Source of the DNA: a bacterium
GTDB taxonomy: Bacteria > UBA8248
Direction: 5' to 3'
Length of the DNA stretch: 64,000 bases
Assembly: GCA_965219955.1 (NCBI GenBank)
Contig: OZ244799.1
Coordinates: 3,552,001-3,616,000 of the forward strand
Shown piece by piece: positions 31,450 to 41,672 of the stretch (position 1 is its first letter; each line of letters begins with the position of its first letter). The translations under genes and the position numbers were made by a program. The notes beneath the pieces are model-generated. The model did not search any database and was not told the DNA's origin. It saw only the letters and a list, made by a program, of their open reading frames with translations.

Positions 31450-32873
31450 GAGGAATGAAACTCAAAATCTGACGGTGCAGATGACTTGGCCTTTGTTGCC
31501 ATACTTTCCATACGCCGCCGCCAACCAATCGCAAACCACAAGAACAACGCCAAACCACCGATGAGTTGACTCGCCGCCACTGCCCACCAAATTCCCAGCT
31601 CCTGCAATCCCATCCAATCCGCCAGCATGTAGGCGCCCGGCAACTGTACGACCCAGCGAACGATTGCCTCAACGATCATGGGAGGCCTGGTGGATGACGC
31701 TCCTTCAAATATTCCCGCTACTACACGCCTCGTAGCCTCAAACCCAAGGCCTACACACAAAACTTGCAGGCAAATCACCGCGTGGGGCAAGGCGGCGCCT
31801 TTTATCCCGAAAAAAGTAACGACTTCCTCGCTCCAAACAACGAGACCTGTAATGACGACAACCATGATGGAAACAACCGCCCCTAACGTCACCCAAGCAC
31901 TGCGTATGGCCCTCTCAGGTTTTCTCGCACCGATATTTTGACCCACCATCGTACGAACTGCCCCCTGGAGGGAAAATCCGGGCATTCTTCCCATATTGTT
32001 GACACGACTGCCAAGACCCCATGCTGCAAGCGCCAGTGCGCCAAACGGAGCAAGCATCCATACCAATACCAAGTTAGCGCCTCTCTCAAAAAACATTTGC
32101 CCCCAAGCGGGCCAACCCAGTCCCAGTATGCGCTTCATCTCAGTGGACCGCGGAATCAGATGACGCCACTTCAGATGGATTCTGGCATTCCCCTTGAAAA
32201 GAATGATCAGCATCACGACGGAACCTGCCAGCCTGCCAATGCCTAAACCGTAATACGCGCCGGCCAGATGAAACGGGGGGATCAGTCCGAAACCAAAGAT
32301 CAAGGTGGGCATGGCGATGAATGTAACGCCTGAATTGATAATCATCCCCAAAAGCGAATATTTTGGTTCACCAGCGCCACGGAATATATTTGCAAGAGTG
32401 AATATACCGTCAACGAACAAAAGCATCAGAAACCCGGCCCGAAGATATATCGTCGACAAGTATAAAAGTCTCGGATCAGACGTCATCCACCCCATTAAAT
32501 AAGGCGAGAAAACATATCCCGCGCTGCATAAGGGAATGAAGAAGAGCGTTTGAAGCAAAATACATTGGCCCGCGATAACAGCAGCGCCTTCCTCATTATT
32601 CGCGCCAACTCTTTGCGCAACCAGTGCTTGGCCTGCCACCCGAATTCCCATGCCCGCAGCTCTCACCATCATGGGAATCATGTATCCCAAAGACATCGCT
32701 CCGAGCGCGTCCGAGCCCAATCGGCCCACCCAGTAAATTTCAACAATCGTATCGATGTTCCAGGAAATCAGTTCCGCGAAAATCGGCAGGGATAGAACCA
32801 CCAAGCCTCGCCCGATGGGGCCTTTGGTGTAATCATACCTTTTCGTGTTCGGCCGCAAGCGAATCATGCGCAA
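31446..32873 (-). CDS. MATE family efflux transporter (paralog of the adjacent gene)
   Basis: Shares RYDYTKG N-terminus and AVRTMVGQN; ATGA overlap. Confidence 0.9.
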   Translation of the reverse strand: MRMIRLRPNTKRYDYTKGPIGRGLVVLSLPIFAELISWNIDTIVEIYWVGRLGSDALGAMSLGYMIPMMVRAAGMGIRVAGQALVAQRVGANNEEGAAVIAGQCILLQTLFFIPLCSAGYVFSPYLMGWMTSDPRLLYLSTIYLRAGFLMLLFVDGIFTLANIFRGAGEPKYSLLGMIINSGVTFIAMPTLIFGFGLIPPFHLAGAYYGLGIGRLAGSVVMLIILFKGNARIHLKWRHLIPRSTEMKRILGLGWPAWGQMFFERGANLVLVWMLAPFGALALAAWGLGSRVNNMGRMPGFSLQGAVRTMVGQNIGARKPERAIRSAWVTLGAVVSIMVVVITGLVVWSEEVVTFFGIKGAALPHAVICLQVLCVGLGFEATRRVVAGIFEGASSTRPPMIVEAIVRWVVQLPGAYMLADWMGLQELGIWWAVAASQLIGGLALFLWFAIGWRRRMESMATKAKSSAPSDFEFHSS

Positions 32874-33013
32874 ATCCTGTTCTAATCAAAACGAGCGTGT
32901 TGGCTTGTAGGCAGGCAGGTTCTTTCGAAGAACTGGAAAGTTTTTTCTCCACAAGATAGTTTGTCCCAAAGCGATGGCTCCACCCTTAATCCAACGGAGT
33001 GTTTGGTGCTTTC

Positions 33014-33793
33014 ATGATTAAATCCATAGAAAAAATCCTCAAAGATGCGGGCAAACTGGCTTTGTCGTTCACAAACAATGCCAAAGGCATCCAAAAACCA
33101 GACAGGAGCCTGGTGAGCGAGGCCGACTTTGAGGTAGAAAAATTCATTCTTTCCTGCCTGAAGGTGTCATTCCCGAACGACGACGTTATCGGAGAAGAAT
33201 TCGGAAGCGGAGAATCACAACCCCAGATGCAGACGCGTCTTTGGGCGGTTGACCCTATTGACGGCACCAATCCATTTCTTAACGGTCTGCCCACTTGGGG
33301 CGTATCCATCGGCGTCATGGAAAACGGGAAACCCATCGCCGGAGGATTCTACATGCCCGTCGTAGATGAAATGTTTCTTGCCCTCGCAGGAGAAGGCGCC
33401 ACCAGGAACGGTAAGATCCTTCCAGATCTCAAGGATATGGAAATCACCAATCAAACCGTCATGCTCGGTCCTTCGTCCCGAAAACGTTTTTACAAGCTGG
33501 ATTATCCAGGAAAATCCGTCGCTTATGGAAGCGCTTCCGCGCATGTGGCTTATGCGGCTACCGGAGGAGCCATCGCCGCCTTGGTCGATAGGCCCCAAAT
33601 CTGGGATATCCTGGGTCCTCTCGCTGTATTGCAAGAGGTGGGGGGAGGCGCATATCATCCAGATGGCCATTCTCTCGATCTCCAGAACCTCGCGAATGGC
33701 GAAAAAGCCGAAGGACCTGTATTCTTTGGCTTAAAAGAAAATGCTGAAAAAATATTTCCTCTTATCGAAGTGTACCCTAGGCCCAAGTCCTAG
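33014..33793 (+). CDS. Inositol monophosphatase family protein
   Basis: GEE, WAVDPIDGT, IWD. Confidence 0.9.
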   Translation: MIKSIEKILKDAGKLALSFTNNAKGIQKPDRSLVSEADFEVEKFILSCLKVSFPNDDVIGEEFGSGESQPQMQTRLWAVDPIDGTNPFLNGLPTWGVSIGVMENGKPIAGGFYMPVVDEMFLALAGEGATRNGKILPDLKDMEITNQTVMLGPSSRKRFYKLDYPGKSVAYGSASAHVAYAATGGAIAALVDRPQIWDILGPLAVLQEVGGGAYHPDGHSLDLQNLANGEKAEGPVFFGLKENAEKIFPLIEVYPRPKS

Positions 33794-33929
33794 TTTTCAG
33801 CCCTGAAATCCTGTTCCGAAAACACTTTGCATCAAATCCCCGTCTCGCCAACTGACAGGCGATGGAACATCCCGTCACGCCATCACCTATGACGACGGGA
33901 TCCGCCGTTACATGCGCCACAACCACTCC

Positions 33930-35801
33930 TCAGGAATCCACCCAGATGGGACTCGACCAGGCCATTTCTCCATCATCTTGCACTAAACGGACATAATAAT
34001 AATCTGATTCCCGTTCCCTGCCGCTCGAATCGATCCACTCGAAAGAGACCGACTCCCGCCCTGGTTCATCCTTATGAATTTCTCTCGCGTTTTTGATGAT
34101 GACGACCTTTTGAACAGACGAGCAGGCTTCTGCCTGAACCTTGAGCTTTCTTCCGGCCGATTCATTTAACCTGATCTCTGAACCCATCGGGGCGTCGTTC
34201 AAGGAAAAATCAAGAATAATGCGCGCTCCTGTCGTGCCATAGCAGCGCCGTTCCCAAAGGGCCTTGAATATCCCTTCCCGATCAAAGGTCTTCGCCCATA
34301 CACAGGCCAATCCACCTCTCCAGGAATTCTTGAGCCGCAACCGATTCGAAAATCCAGGTTGAGACGTATGCGTATCCGAACCGGCGATGATGCCCAAACG
34401 ATATCCTTTCTCAAGCGCATCCTGCACGCTTTGTCCCTCATAGCGCGCCGGGTTGACCAACGGCCTTTCGCAGCCTTTGGCTTCGGAGTTGCCCCAACAG
34501 GAATATATTTCGACGAGGCGCTGAAACCTCGGGTCGTGCCAGCGCCAGCGCGTGCCAATCACGGCACTTACCGAGTGATGGGGAATCGTCATCACGCGGC
34601 CCTCGAATTCTTCGAGTTGTTTCCAGAGTTTTTCCGGGTGATCGGAGCCGGGGCTGCGGGAATCCAGCTTCGGGATATCCTGATCATCCAGGAAATAGAC
34701 ATTCTTATTCCCGTCTTGCTCGAGCATGCCAAACCATTCATACGCAGGAAGGGCCACATATCTTCCCGCCTCAGAAAAACGATTCGCGGCATCAGCAACT
34801 TCTTTCCATTGCGCTTCATCCATTCGCATGGCCAAAGAGGTGCAAGCGGCGAAATCCACCCCTGCGCAATCCCGCGCATAGTTGTGGACGTACTCCACGA
34901 TTTCACGCGCAGTCGATGGCCTCGGATACTCCCCCACGCACAGCCCGCTCATGCAGTGCGGGTCCCCAAAAAGAAGTGTGCGGTCCGGGACTTCTTCCAA
35001 TACCTGAATCGGTGGCGTATGAGCTGTCGGTAATCCATCCGCCAAGACCTTTAACCGATGAACTTCAGGCGCTCCCAACACGATATTTTCGCAAACAAAA
35101 ATTCCGGGTGACTCCTGACGAAAAGAGACCGTACTTTCATCAGGTAATTCAAGTTTTGGAATGGATGACGCCGTTGTCGCTACATTGTGAAAGCAATCTC
35201 GCGTCACGGCCCGGACAGAAAATACCTGTCCCGCAATTACCTGCGCCGGTGCCGTCACCCAAAGGAAAGACGGCTCCTCGGGCATCACGTCGAACGTTGG
35301 CGAATCTGGAAGAAGCTCCCAGTTGCCTTCACCGCCAGAATCTATGGACAAAGTAAATTCTACGGGCATGGCCAAAAACTGCGCCTGCACTCCGGGGATG
35401 CCGGATGGCGTCCAGCCATAGTTGAGTTCTATGAAATCACCTTCCAGCAAGGAAGAACCCTGAACCATCAAGTCCAGGCTGGCCGGCAGGAAGGTATAGC
35501 CGAGTACGGGTTCTATCAATGAGGGAGCCAAAGAAACATTCTCGTTCGAACATCGGAACTCGCAATATCCCGGAGCCGTCACATCTTCAAATTGGGGCGT
35601 CGTGAACCCGTTCGGGGGCGTGAATCGAAGACCCCCGCCTTGACTGATTCCGCGGGGGCCGACTTCGCAGGTAACACGCCATTTCCCCATCCTGCCCGCT
35701 ACGACCGGACCTTCAGGCTCAATCTCCGCCTCACCAATGTCTTCCCCGTAAAAATACTCTCGCAGCGCACCAATCCCCCGCTGAGGGGCTTTCATGAACA
35801 A
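33930..35801 (-). CDS. DUF3604-like / PHP-fold metallohydrolase
   Basis: FGDPH, YEW, IPHH, EIYSCWG, GSDTH, RRCYGTTG, YYYVRLVQ-DGEMAWSSPIWV. Confidence 0.8.
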   Translation of the reverse strand: MFMKAPQRGIGALREYFYGEDIGEAEIEPEGPVVAGRMGKWRVTCEVGPRGISQGGGLRFTPPNGFTTPQFEDVTAPGYCEFRCSNENVSLAPSLIEPVLGYTFLPASLDLMVQGSSLLEGDFIELNYGWTPSGIPGVQAQFLAMPVEFTLSIDSGGEGNWELLPDSPTFDVMPEEPSFLWVTAPAQVIAGQVFSVRAVTRDCFHNVATTASSIPKLELPDESTVSFRQESPGIFVCENIVLGAPEVHRLKVLADGLPTAHTPPIQVLEEVPDRTLLFGDPHCMSGLCVGEYPRPSTAREIVEYVHNYARDCAGVDFAACTSLAMRMDEAQWKEVADAANRFSEAGRYVALPAYEWFGMLEQDGNKNVYFLDDQDIPKLDSRSPGSDHPEKLWKQLEEFEGRVMTIPHHSVSAVIGTRWRWHDPRFQRLVEIYSCWGNSEAKGCERPLVNPARYEGQSVQDALEKGYRLGIIAGSDTHTSQPGFSNRLRLKNSWRGGLACVWAKTFDREGIFKALWERRCYGTTGARIILDFSLNDAPMGSEIRLNESAGRKLKVQAEACSSVQKVVIIKNAREIHKDEPGRESVSFEWIDSSGRERESDYYYVRLVQDDGEMAWSSPIWVDS

Positions 35802-35875
35802 CCTCCTTTTCGGAGAAGGGAAGTTTCAAAATTCATGGCCACGAAAAAGAAGGCCTTCTCAGGGAATGAGCGCAT

Positions 35876-36568
35876 TCATTCCCACGTGAGCATCGCGGCA
35901 TACCCGTCTCTCGGGACAGTCGAATGAATCGGCAAGCCTTTGATTCGCTTAAACTCCTGAATGGTGATCAGGTGCACATTCGATTCCCACAATATGTGTC
36001 GGAACGTGCACTCGAGCGTCTGGTAATAAAGAAAAGGATCGTTTTCGTCTTTGCGAAAACCCCTCTCATGAGCAGGCAAAACGAGATTTTGAAAATAATC
36101 CATCACACGCTCACCGTTCGCCCAAGTTCTGTCCGGAGAGTACTTCCTGGGCAATTCTTTATTCCTTAACGTGGCTAGCGTTTCCTTTGATAAAACCTCC
36201 CGACACAAAGCGCAGGCGTCATCAAGTGCTCCCAAAACATCGGACACATCAGGAAACCGCGCCGGATCCAACATTCTGTCTGCCCCGCCTTGATCCGCCA
36301 GAGACTTATCTCGCGGCAAAGAATCCGGATACAAAACGGGCGGCCAGAATTCCAGGAAAAAAAGATACGGTATCCATGCCGTATGGCTGATTTGTTCTTT
36401 GATGGACCAAGTTCCCCAACTCTTTTCTGGCAGCTTCCATTCCCACAATTCCTGCGGTAGCCCGTTCGTTTCTTTACGAAACAAATCCGCTAAATTTCTA
36501 TATTCCGGAAATACGTCCAGTCCTGGAGTGGATAGGTCTTCTGGCATATCGCTCCCTCGAGACATCAA
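35876..36568 (-). CDS. DinB-like protein
   Basis: WSIKEQISH...HILWESNVHL His pattern; paralog of 38095-38778. Confidence 0.65.
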   Translation of the reverse strand: MMSRGSDMPEDLSTPGLDVFPEYRNLADLFRKETNGLPQELWEWKLPEKSWGTWSIKEQISHTAWIPYLFFLEFWPPVLYPDSLPRDKSLADQGGADRMLDPARFPDVSDVLGALDDACALCREVLSKETLATLRNKELPRKYSPDRTWANGERVMDYFQNLVLPAHERGFRKDENDPFLYYQTLECTFRHILWESNVHLITIQEFKRIKGLPIHSTVPRDGYAAMLTWE

Positions 36569-37464
36569 GTGTCGTCCATTTTCATCGGCAAGTGATCTGC
36601 ATACACCGCCGCCGCTTGCTGTGGAGATAAGCTCTTGTCAATCGTCTCTACGGTTTGCTCCGCCAAAGGCGTCGTCGCGAGATGGGAATAAACGGCCGCC
36701 GCTCCTTCGTGAAATTTCGGCGTGACGCCGGCGGCTTCAAAGGTCTGTGCTATTTGTTTCATCTCGTCGATATACCGCCACGCCACGACGGGAAGACGAG
36801 GGGCGCTCGAGGTCATCTGTTTATAAGAAGCGTCCTGACTTGTTTGAAACTCACGACTCACTTCCTCGGAGAGACCAAGCGCCTCTGCCAGAGTAATGAC
36901 CGCGGTTTGAAGAGCATGGGTTCCTTTCGTGAGGGCGGCGTAACACATCTTGACTCCAGAAGCGTGGCCAATCTCAGGCCCAAGCTGACGAACGATAATT
37001 CCTTTTCCGTCCAACTCCGAGAGCAATCCCGCCTGCGGACCGCTGAAGTAAAACCTGGTGTTGTTCCGTGTCTCATTCGGCGGAGGACCCAATATCCCCC
37101 CATCGATAAAATCCGCTCCGGCATCTGAAATTCGCTTTGCGATAGCTTTCGCCGTTTCCGGCGACACGGCGTTGCAGTCGGCGTATGGGGGGCAAAAACC
37201 GGATGTTGACATGGATTCCGCCACTTCGTCCGCCGCCTGGGCGGCTAAACCCGGAGGCACGATGGACAAAACAATATCCGCGCGCTCCAGCATTTCAGCC
37301 ATTCTCGGGTAATCCCGAATACCCCCTTCACCGGCCAAGCGCTTCGTTCGCTCGCTTCTGTTTGCGAGACAGGTTATTACCTCATACCCATGCAAACCCA
37401 GCATTCGCCCCACCGCATGCCCCATATCCCCCGGGCTGATGATGGCAACAGTATGAAGGGTCAT
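36565..37464 (-). CDS. NAD(P)-dependent oxidoreductase (6PGD-like, DUF1932-type)
   Basis: ISPGDMG, DCNAVSP, DGGILG, ASGVKMCYAALTKG. Confidence 0.85.
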   Translation of the reverse strand: MTLHTVAIISPGDMGHAVGRMLGLHGYEVITCLANRSERTKRLAGEGGIRDYPRMAEMLERADIVLSIVPPGLAAQAADEVAESMSTSGFCPPYADCNAVSPETAKAIAKRISDAGADFIDGGILGPPPNETRNNTRFYFSGPQAGLLSELDGKGIIVRQLGPEIGHASGVKMCYAALTKGTHALQTAVITLAEALGLSEEVSREFQTSQDASYKQMTSSAPRLPVVAWRYIDEMKQIAQTFEAAGVTPKFHEGAAAVYSHLATTPLAEQTVETIDKSLSPQQAAAVYADHLPMKMDDT

Positions 37465-37591
37465 AAACACCTCCCTTGGTTCAACTCTAGAAATAAACCA
37501 TGCCTGTCCAGTCTAGCAGAATTGAAGCTTTACGAAGAAAGGGTACTTACTTCTGTGCTTTCCACAGATAATGACCAATGTTCCCGCAAAA

Positions 37592-38098
37592 CTATTCTTT
37601 CCAGACGCATTTTTCATCTTTTGGAGAATACACCATTGCACCCACAGGCGCGCTGGATTTTGAGCCTTTTGCCATACGCAGGATATTTACCAGGAAAATG
37701 GTGTCGTCTGCTCCCGCGTTCTCAAGCATGTCTCTTCCCAGGCGACAGACTAACTCTGCTCTTTGCCTTCTTTTTTTTGCGCTCACCTCCGCCCATGGCA
37801 ACAGGATATCGATAGACAACTTCTCAGGGCTCGTCTCGGAAACGCGAATTTCCGCGCGACTTGTGTGCTTTGAAGCATCCAGATATTTCTTGAGCGTGCG
37901 TCCTGTGTTTTTTGTGATGACGCCCGGAGGCATGCCTCTCCATTTTTTTGCTTCTGATACCAAAGATACTTTTATGCCTGATTTGGAAAGAAATAGTGGT
38001 TTCGAAAAGAACAAAAGCGCGCCCGCTACAGATGCAAATGAGATGAACAACAACCAAAAAAGGAAATTCACCCGAGGTGAACCAGCAGTTTTCATCAA
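37592..38098 (-). CDS. Hypothetical membrane-anchored protein
   Basis: N-terminal TM helix; overlaps the upstream stop codon. Confidence 0.55.
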   Translation of the reverse strand: MMKTAGSPRVNFLFWLLFISFASVAGALLFFSKPLFLSKSGIKVSLVSEAKKWRGMPPGVITKNTGRTLKKYLDASKHTSRAEIRVSETSPEKLSIDILLPWAEVSAKKRRQRAELVCRLGRDMLENAGADDTIFLVNILRMAKGSKSSAPVGAMVYSPKDEKCVWKE

Positions 38099-38778
38099 GA
38101 AACCGGATAGGCTGAAGCGTAGCCGCCCACAGGGGCCTTTGGATATACGGCAGGCAAACCCAAGGCTTCACGATGGAGCCTGATGGAGCGCAAGTGAATC
38201 AAATCGTCCCAAAGCACATGACGCAATGTCGCCAAAGGCGTCATACGAAATCCGTGTGCGTAGCCAGCATCGAGCGTAAATCCATCCGGATGGCATTTCA
38301 TGCAACGATTCCACAAATCAACGGAACGCTCCTCGCTGACACCCACGACAGATGATTCCGTAAATACAAACAAAAGCTCGTTCTTGGTTGAGTTCTCATG
38401 CTCGAGCTTTACGACTTGGGTCGCCGCAACATCGCATGCTTCGGAAAAGCGCAGATGAAGCCATTCGATATCCGAATATCGATCCAAGGAGAATCGACGG
38501 TCATCATCTCGCGTATTGATGAACGTACTGAATTGGCTCATATCCACAGAAGGCCAGGGCAGGCTGGTGGCGCCGTATAGAACCATGAACCATCTCGTGG
38601 TGATGTAAGCCATATGGCTGAGCTGCCTTCTTGGGGACCAGCGCGCCCAATCTTCCGTCCCCGTTCTATCCAACTGCGCTTCTGACAAATCAGCGAGCTC
38701 TCCCATGGTCCACGCGGGGATTTGCCGGTAGGCTTGGGCGATTTCACCTGGCGTAACCGGATACAAAGATTCACTCAT
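38095..38778 (-). CDS. DinB-like protein
   Basis: WSPRRQLSH...HVLWDDLIHL. Confidence 0.65.
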   Translation of the reverse strand: MSESLYPVTPGEIAQAYRQIPAWTMGELADLSEAQLDRTGTEDWARWSPRRQLSHMAYITTRWFMVLYGATSLPWPSVDMSQFSTFINTRDDDRRFSLDRYSDIEWLHLRFSEACDVAATQVVKLEHENSTKNELLFVFTESSVVGVSEERSVDLWNRCMKCHPDGFTLDAGYAHGFRMTPLATLRHVLWDDLIHLRSIRLHREALGLPAVYPKAPVGGYASAYPVS

Positions 38779-39485
38779 GCCCTAACGCCCCCATCCAGGA
38801 TTTTACAAACCGCCTCGTTGTCCTCCAGGGTGGCGAAAAGAAAATCCGGCGAAGCGCTCGCCAACTCGTAAAGTGAATCCCCTCCCGTAGCCACGGCTAT
38901 CGTCTTCGCTCCACATGCGCGACCCGCTGCTACGTCACGCCATGTATCACCTATCACCCAACGAACGATGGATTTGCGCGTGTATTCCTTTTGAATGATT
39001 TGCTCGCCCCGCTGAAATCCTGCTTCCAGCAACTCCGTCCTGTCTCCAGAATCAGACCCGAAACCTCCGAACGAAAAAAACCGGTTCAGCCCGCCATGTG
39101 AGAGCTTGATTCGCGCACCCTCTTCGATGTTGCCCGTTCCCAATCCCATGACCACGTCTTTTCGGCTCCTGAGATACGAAAGCAAACCGGGGATTCCCGG
39201 CATCAGATGGAAATTCTTGGAATCCCTTACCGTGATGGGCAGGATTTCCAAATATCTCTCCAATAGAGCATTTACCTCAGGCTCGCTCCCGCAACGCCCA
39301 AGATGAGAACGAAACATCTCTTGAACGATGAGTTCATCCGTCTTGCCGTGCGGATGAACATGACGCATAGCGTTTAGAATCCCGTATATACGCTCAAAAG
39401 CGATATTCAACGCTCTCGCCCCTGCTCCTCCGCTTAAAAGCAGCGTTCCATCCACGTCGAACAGGATCAGATGAGTTGAATTCAA
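38775..39485 (-). CDS. HAD family hydrolase
   Basis: LFDVDGTL, GKTD, TGN, GGFGSD, IGDT. Confidence 0.9.
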   Translation of the reverse strand: MNSTHLILFDVDGTLLLSGGAGARALNIAFERIYGILNAMRHVHPHGKTDELIVQEMFRSHLGRCGSEPEVNALLERYLEILPITVRDSKNFHLMPGIPGLLSYLRSRKDVVMGLGTGNIEEGARIKLSHGGLNRFFSFGGFGSDSGDRTELLEAGFQRGEQIIQKEYTRKSIVRWVIGDTWRDVAAGRACGAKTIAVATGGDSLYELASASPDFLFATLEDNEAVCKILDGGVRA

Positions 39486-39654
39486 TCGTTTCTTCCAATG
39501 TGTATGCCTGGAAACACACTGAGCGAGAGATGATTCCCCTCTATGATATAACAGGGAGCCGAATGGATTCCAGAATCATTCCTGATCGTGTTGGTGAAAC
39601 ACATGAATTCAGTGAAAATTATCCAGCGAAGCACATAGAAAAAGGAGATGAAAG

Positions 39655-40359
39655 TTGCCGGAAGAGAAAATCGCCGTCGTAACGGGCGGGAACAAAGGCA
39701 TTGGTTTCGGGATCTGCCGATCGCTTGCAAGTCAAGGAATTCGAACCATCCTCACGGCGCGAGACGTTTCCAAAGGGGAAATCGCCAAAAAGCAGCTAAA
39801 ACAAGAGGGGCTGGAAATCATATTCCATCCCCTGGATGTCACCGACGAGAACAGCATCGATTCTCTGGCCGACTTTTTGGCCAAAGAATTTGGAAAACTG
39901 GACATTTTAATCAACAACGCGGCCATCAGAAAAGATGCCGGCATGATGGGGCTTGACGTTCCCGTCGAGGTCGTGCGCGAAATGATGGAAACCAACCTCT
40001 ATGGCCCCCTGATGTTGTGTCAGGCCTTGGCTCCTCTCTTGAAAAAAAGCGCAGCGGGTAGAATCGTGAACGTCTCCAGCGGCATGGGCTCTCTCGCCGG
40101 CATGGGAGGAGGCTCTCCCGCATACAGAATCACAAAAACCGCATTGAATGCGATGACGAAAGTTCTCGCGAGCGAATTCCGGGGAACCGGAGTGCTGGTC
40201 AATTGTTGCCATCCCGGATGGGTGAGAACCGACATGGGCGGGCGGGGCGCTTCAAAATCAATAGACGAAGGAGCAGACACGCCCGTATGGCTCGCCTTGT
40301 TGCCGAAGGACGGGCCTACCGGTGGATACTTCCAGGACAGAAAACCCATGCCCTGGTAG
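39655..40359 (+). CDS. SDR family oxidoreductase (carbonyl reductase-like)
   Basis: TGGNKGIG, NNA, YRITK, PGWVRTDMGG. Confidence 0.92.
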   Translation: MPEEKIAVVTGGNKGIGFGICRSLASQGIRTILTARDVSKGEIAKKQLKQEGLEIIFHPLDVTDENSIDSLADFLAKEFGKLDILINNAAIRKDAGMMGLDVPVEVVREMMETNLYGPLMLCQALAPLLKKSAAGRIVNVSSGMGSLAGMGGGSPAYRITKTALNAMTKVLASEFRGTGVLVNCCHPGWVRTDMGGRGASKSIDEGADTPVWLALLPKDGPTGGYFQDRKPMPW

Positions 40360-40473
40360 AAGGCGTGTTTATTTCATCACGTAGCTGGCGTTTGGCAGGC
40401 AGGTGTCTAGTGATTGCTTCGATGGAAAAAGTATCGAGCGGCGTTAATTATCGATTTCTTCGGCTTCTATAAA

Positions 40474-41049
40474 TCAAGCCGATGTTTTCGCATAATCCCA
40501 TCCCGTAACAAACAAGTTCACCTCGCCGGTTGCTTCCTCATATTTATAGCGAGTTAACTTGGCGAGATCGTCACCATAGACATGAATGCCCACCACGGGT
40601 TCAGTCGAAGCACAACTCACGCGGTGCACGTCGTTGTCCTTCGTACAGCAGACGAAGACATCTCCAGGCCCGGCCAGACGTTTGCCTAAGGGCATGAGTT
40701 TTACGCGGGCGCCGCTCTCGCGGGGACCTTCACGCAAAAAACTCTCTTCGTTTTCCATTCCTCGGTAAATGCCTATCACGCCCCAGGTGCCGTGATCGTG
40801 AATCGGGGTGGTCTGTCCCACATCCCATATACCGGCGCCTATCGAGAAGCTCTCATCCGGCTCAATGTGAACCTTGTTGAGCGTAAATCCTTCTTTTTTC
40901 ACTAGCAATTGATCGGCACTCAACAGCTCCGGCTCATCCAAAATCGGCTCCAGGCTCTCCGCTACGCGAGCGGTCACTTCCTCTTCGGTACCGCCAGTCT
41001 TTACAATTTCGCGTACTTGGTCGATAAAATCCTTCATCTTTTTTGACAT
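40474..41049 (-). CDS. Cysteine dioxygenase-like (thiol dioxygenase) cupin
   Basis: WDVGQTTPIHDHGTWG...VHRV...IHVYG. Confidence 0.85.
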   Translation of the reverse strand: MSKKMKDFIDQVREIVKTGGTEEEVTARVAESLEPILDEPELLSADQLLVKKEGFTLNKVHIEPDESFSIGAGIWDVGQTTPIHDHGTWGVIGIYRGMENEESFLREGPRESGARVKLMPLGKRLAGPGDVFVCCTKDNDVHRVSCASTEPVVGIHVYGDDLAKLTRYKYEEATGEVNLFVTGWDYAKTSA

Positions 41050-41097
41050 CTTCCATCCCCCAAGTTTTAGGATGCGTCCAAGCGGAATTCGTATGTC

Positions 41098-41649
41098 CTA
41101 AATTTTATGATTCATCTCATGGACCAAGAGCGCCAACTTCAAAGATACGCTGCTTGCGAATCCACCGAGCTCGCCCGAGCCCGCGATGACCCGATGTCAT
41201 GGTATTACAAGAGGAACGGGATTTCTATGAAGCGCCTGGCCGACGGCGCGTGATGCTTTCGGGTTTCCGATTTCCTTCGCGACCCAGCCATAATTGCGCG
41301 TCTCTCCGTATGGAATTTCTTCCGTCTTCCTCAGCACTTTTTCCATAAAAGGCGTGAGAGCAGAGAGGTCCGTTTTCAATCTGAAACTTTTTCGCGCGCC
41401 GCTTAGATATTCTTCTATCTCTTTTGAAGCTCGACGATTCAACGGTGTTGATTGCTCCCTCGCATGATTCGCCAAGAGAGGTTTTTCTACGCCATGCAAC
41501 ATTCTTATTTCCGCAATACCTTCATCCGATACGAACACGGAGAATTCCGCATGTACTTTCTGGAGCCAATCGGCAACATGATTTTCCAGCGATTCCCCGT
41601 CTTGTTGGAACAATTCAACCTGCCGCCACTTATCTGCCAGGCGCGCCAT
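41098..41649 (-). CDS. ogt: Methylated-DNA-protein-cysteine methyltransferase, predicted selenoprotein (UGA at 41197-41199)
   Basis: IPYGETRNYG...RAVGQALHRNPVPLVIP-TGA-HRVIAGSGELGGF...KLALLVHE...TAG; the TGA sits exactly at the catalytic Cys of PCHR. Confidence 0.88.
41163..41188 (-). promoter_or_regulatory. Putative bacterial SECIS hairpin (ogt)
   Basis: Minus strand CATC-GC-GGGCTC-GGGC-GAGCTC-GGTG; G-starting loop 20 nt after UGA. Confidence 0.6.
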
Positions 41650-41672
41650 CTGAAATTCTCCTTTTCATGCCG

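Noticed and set aside
33855-33905. GGCGATGG... as a fluoride riboswitch
   Set aside because: The P1 partner is missing and it lies between convergent gene ends.
41197-41649. ogt as a nonsense pseudogene
   Set aside because: The stop falls exactly on the catalytic Cys, downstream residues are conserved and a SECIS-like hairpin follows; Sec is the more economical explanation, though unproven.
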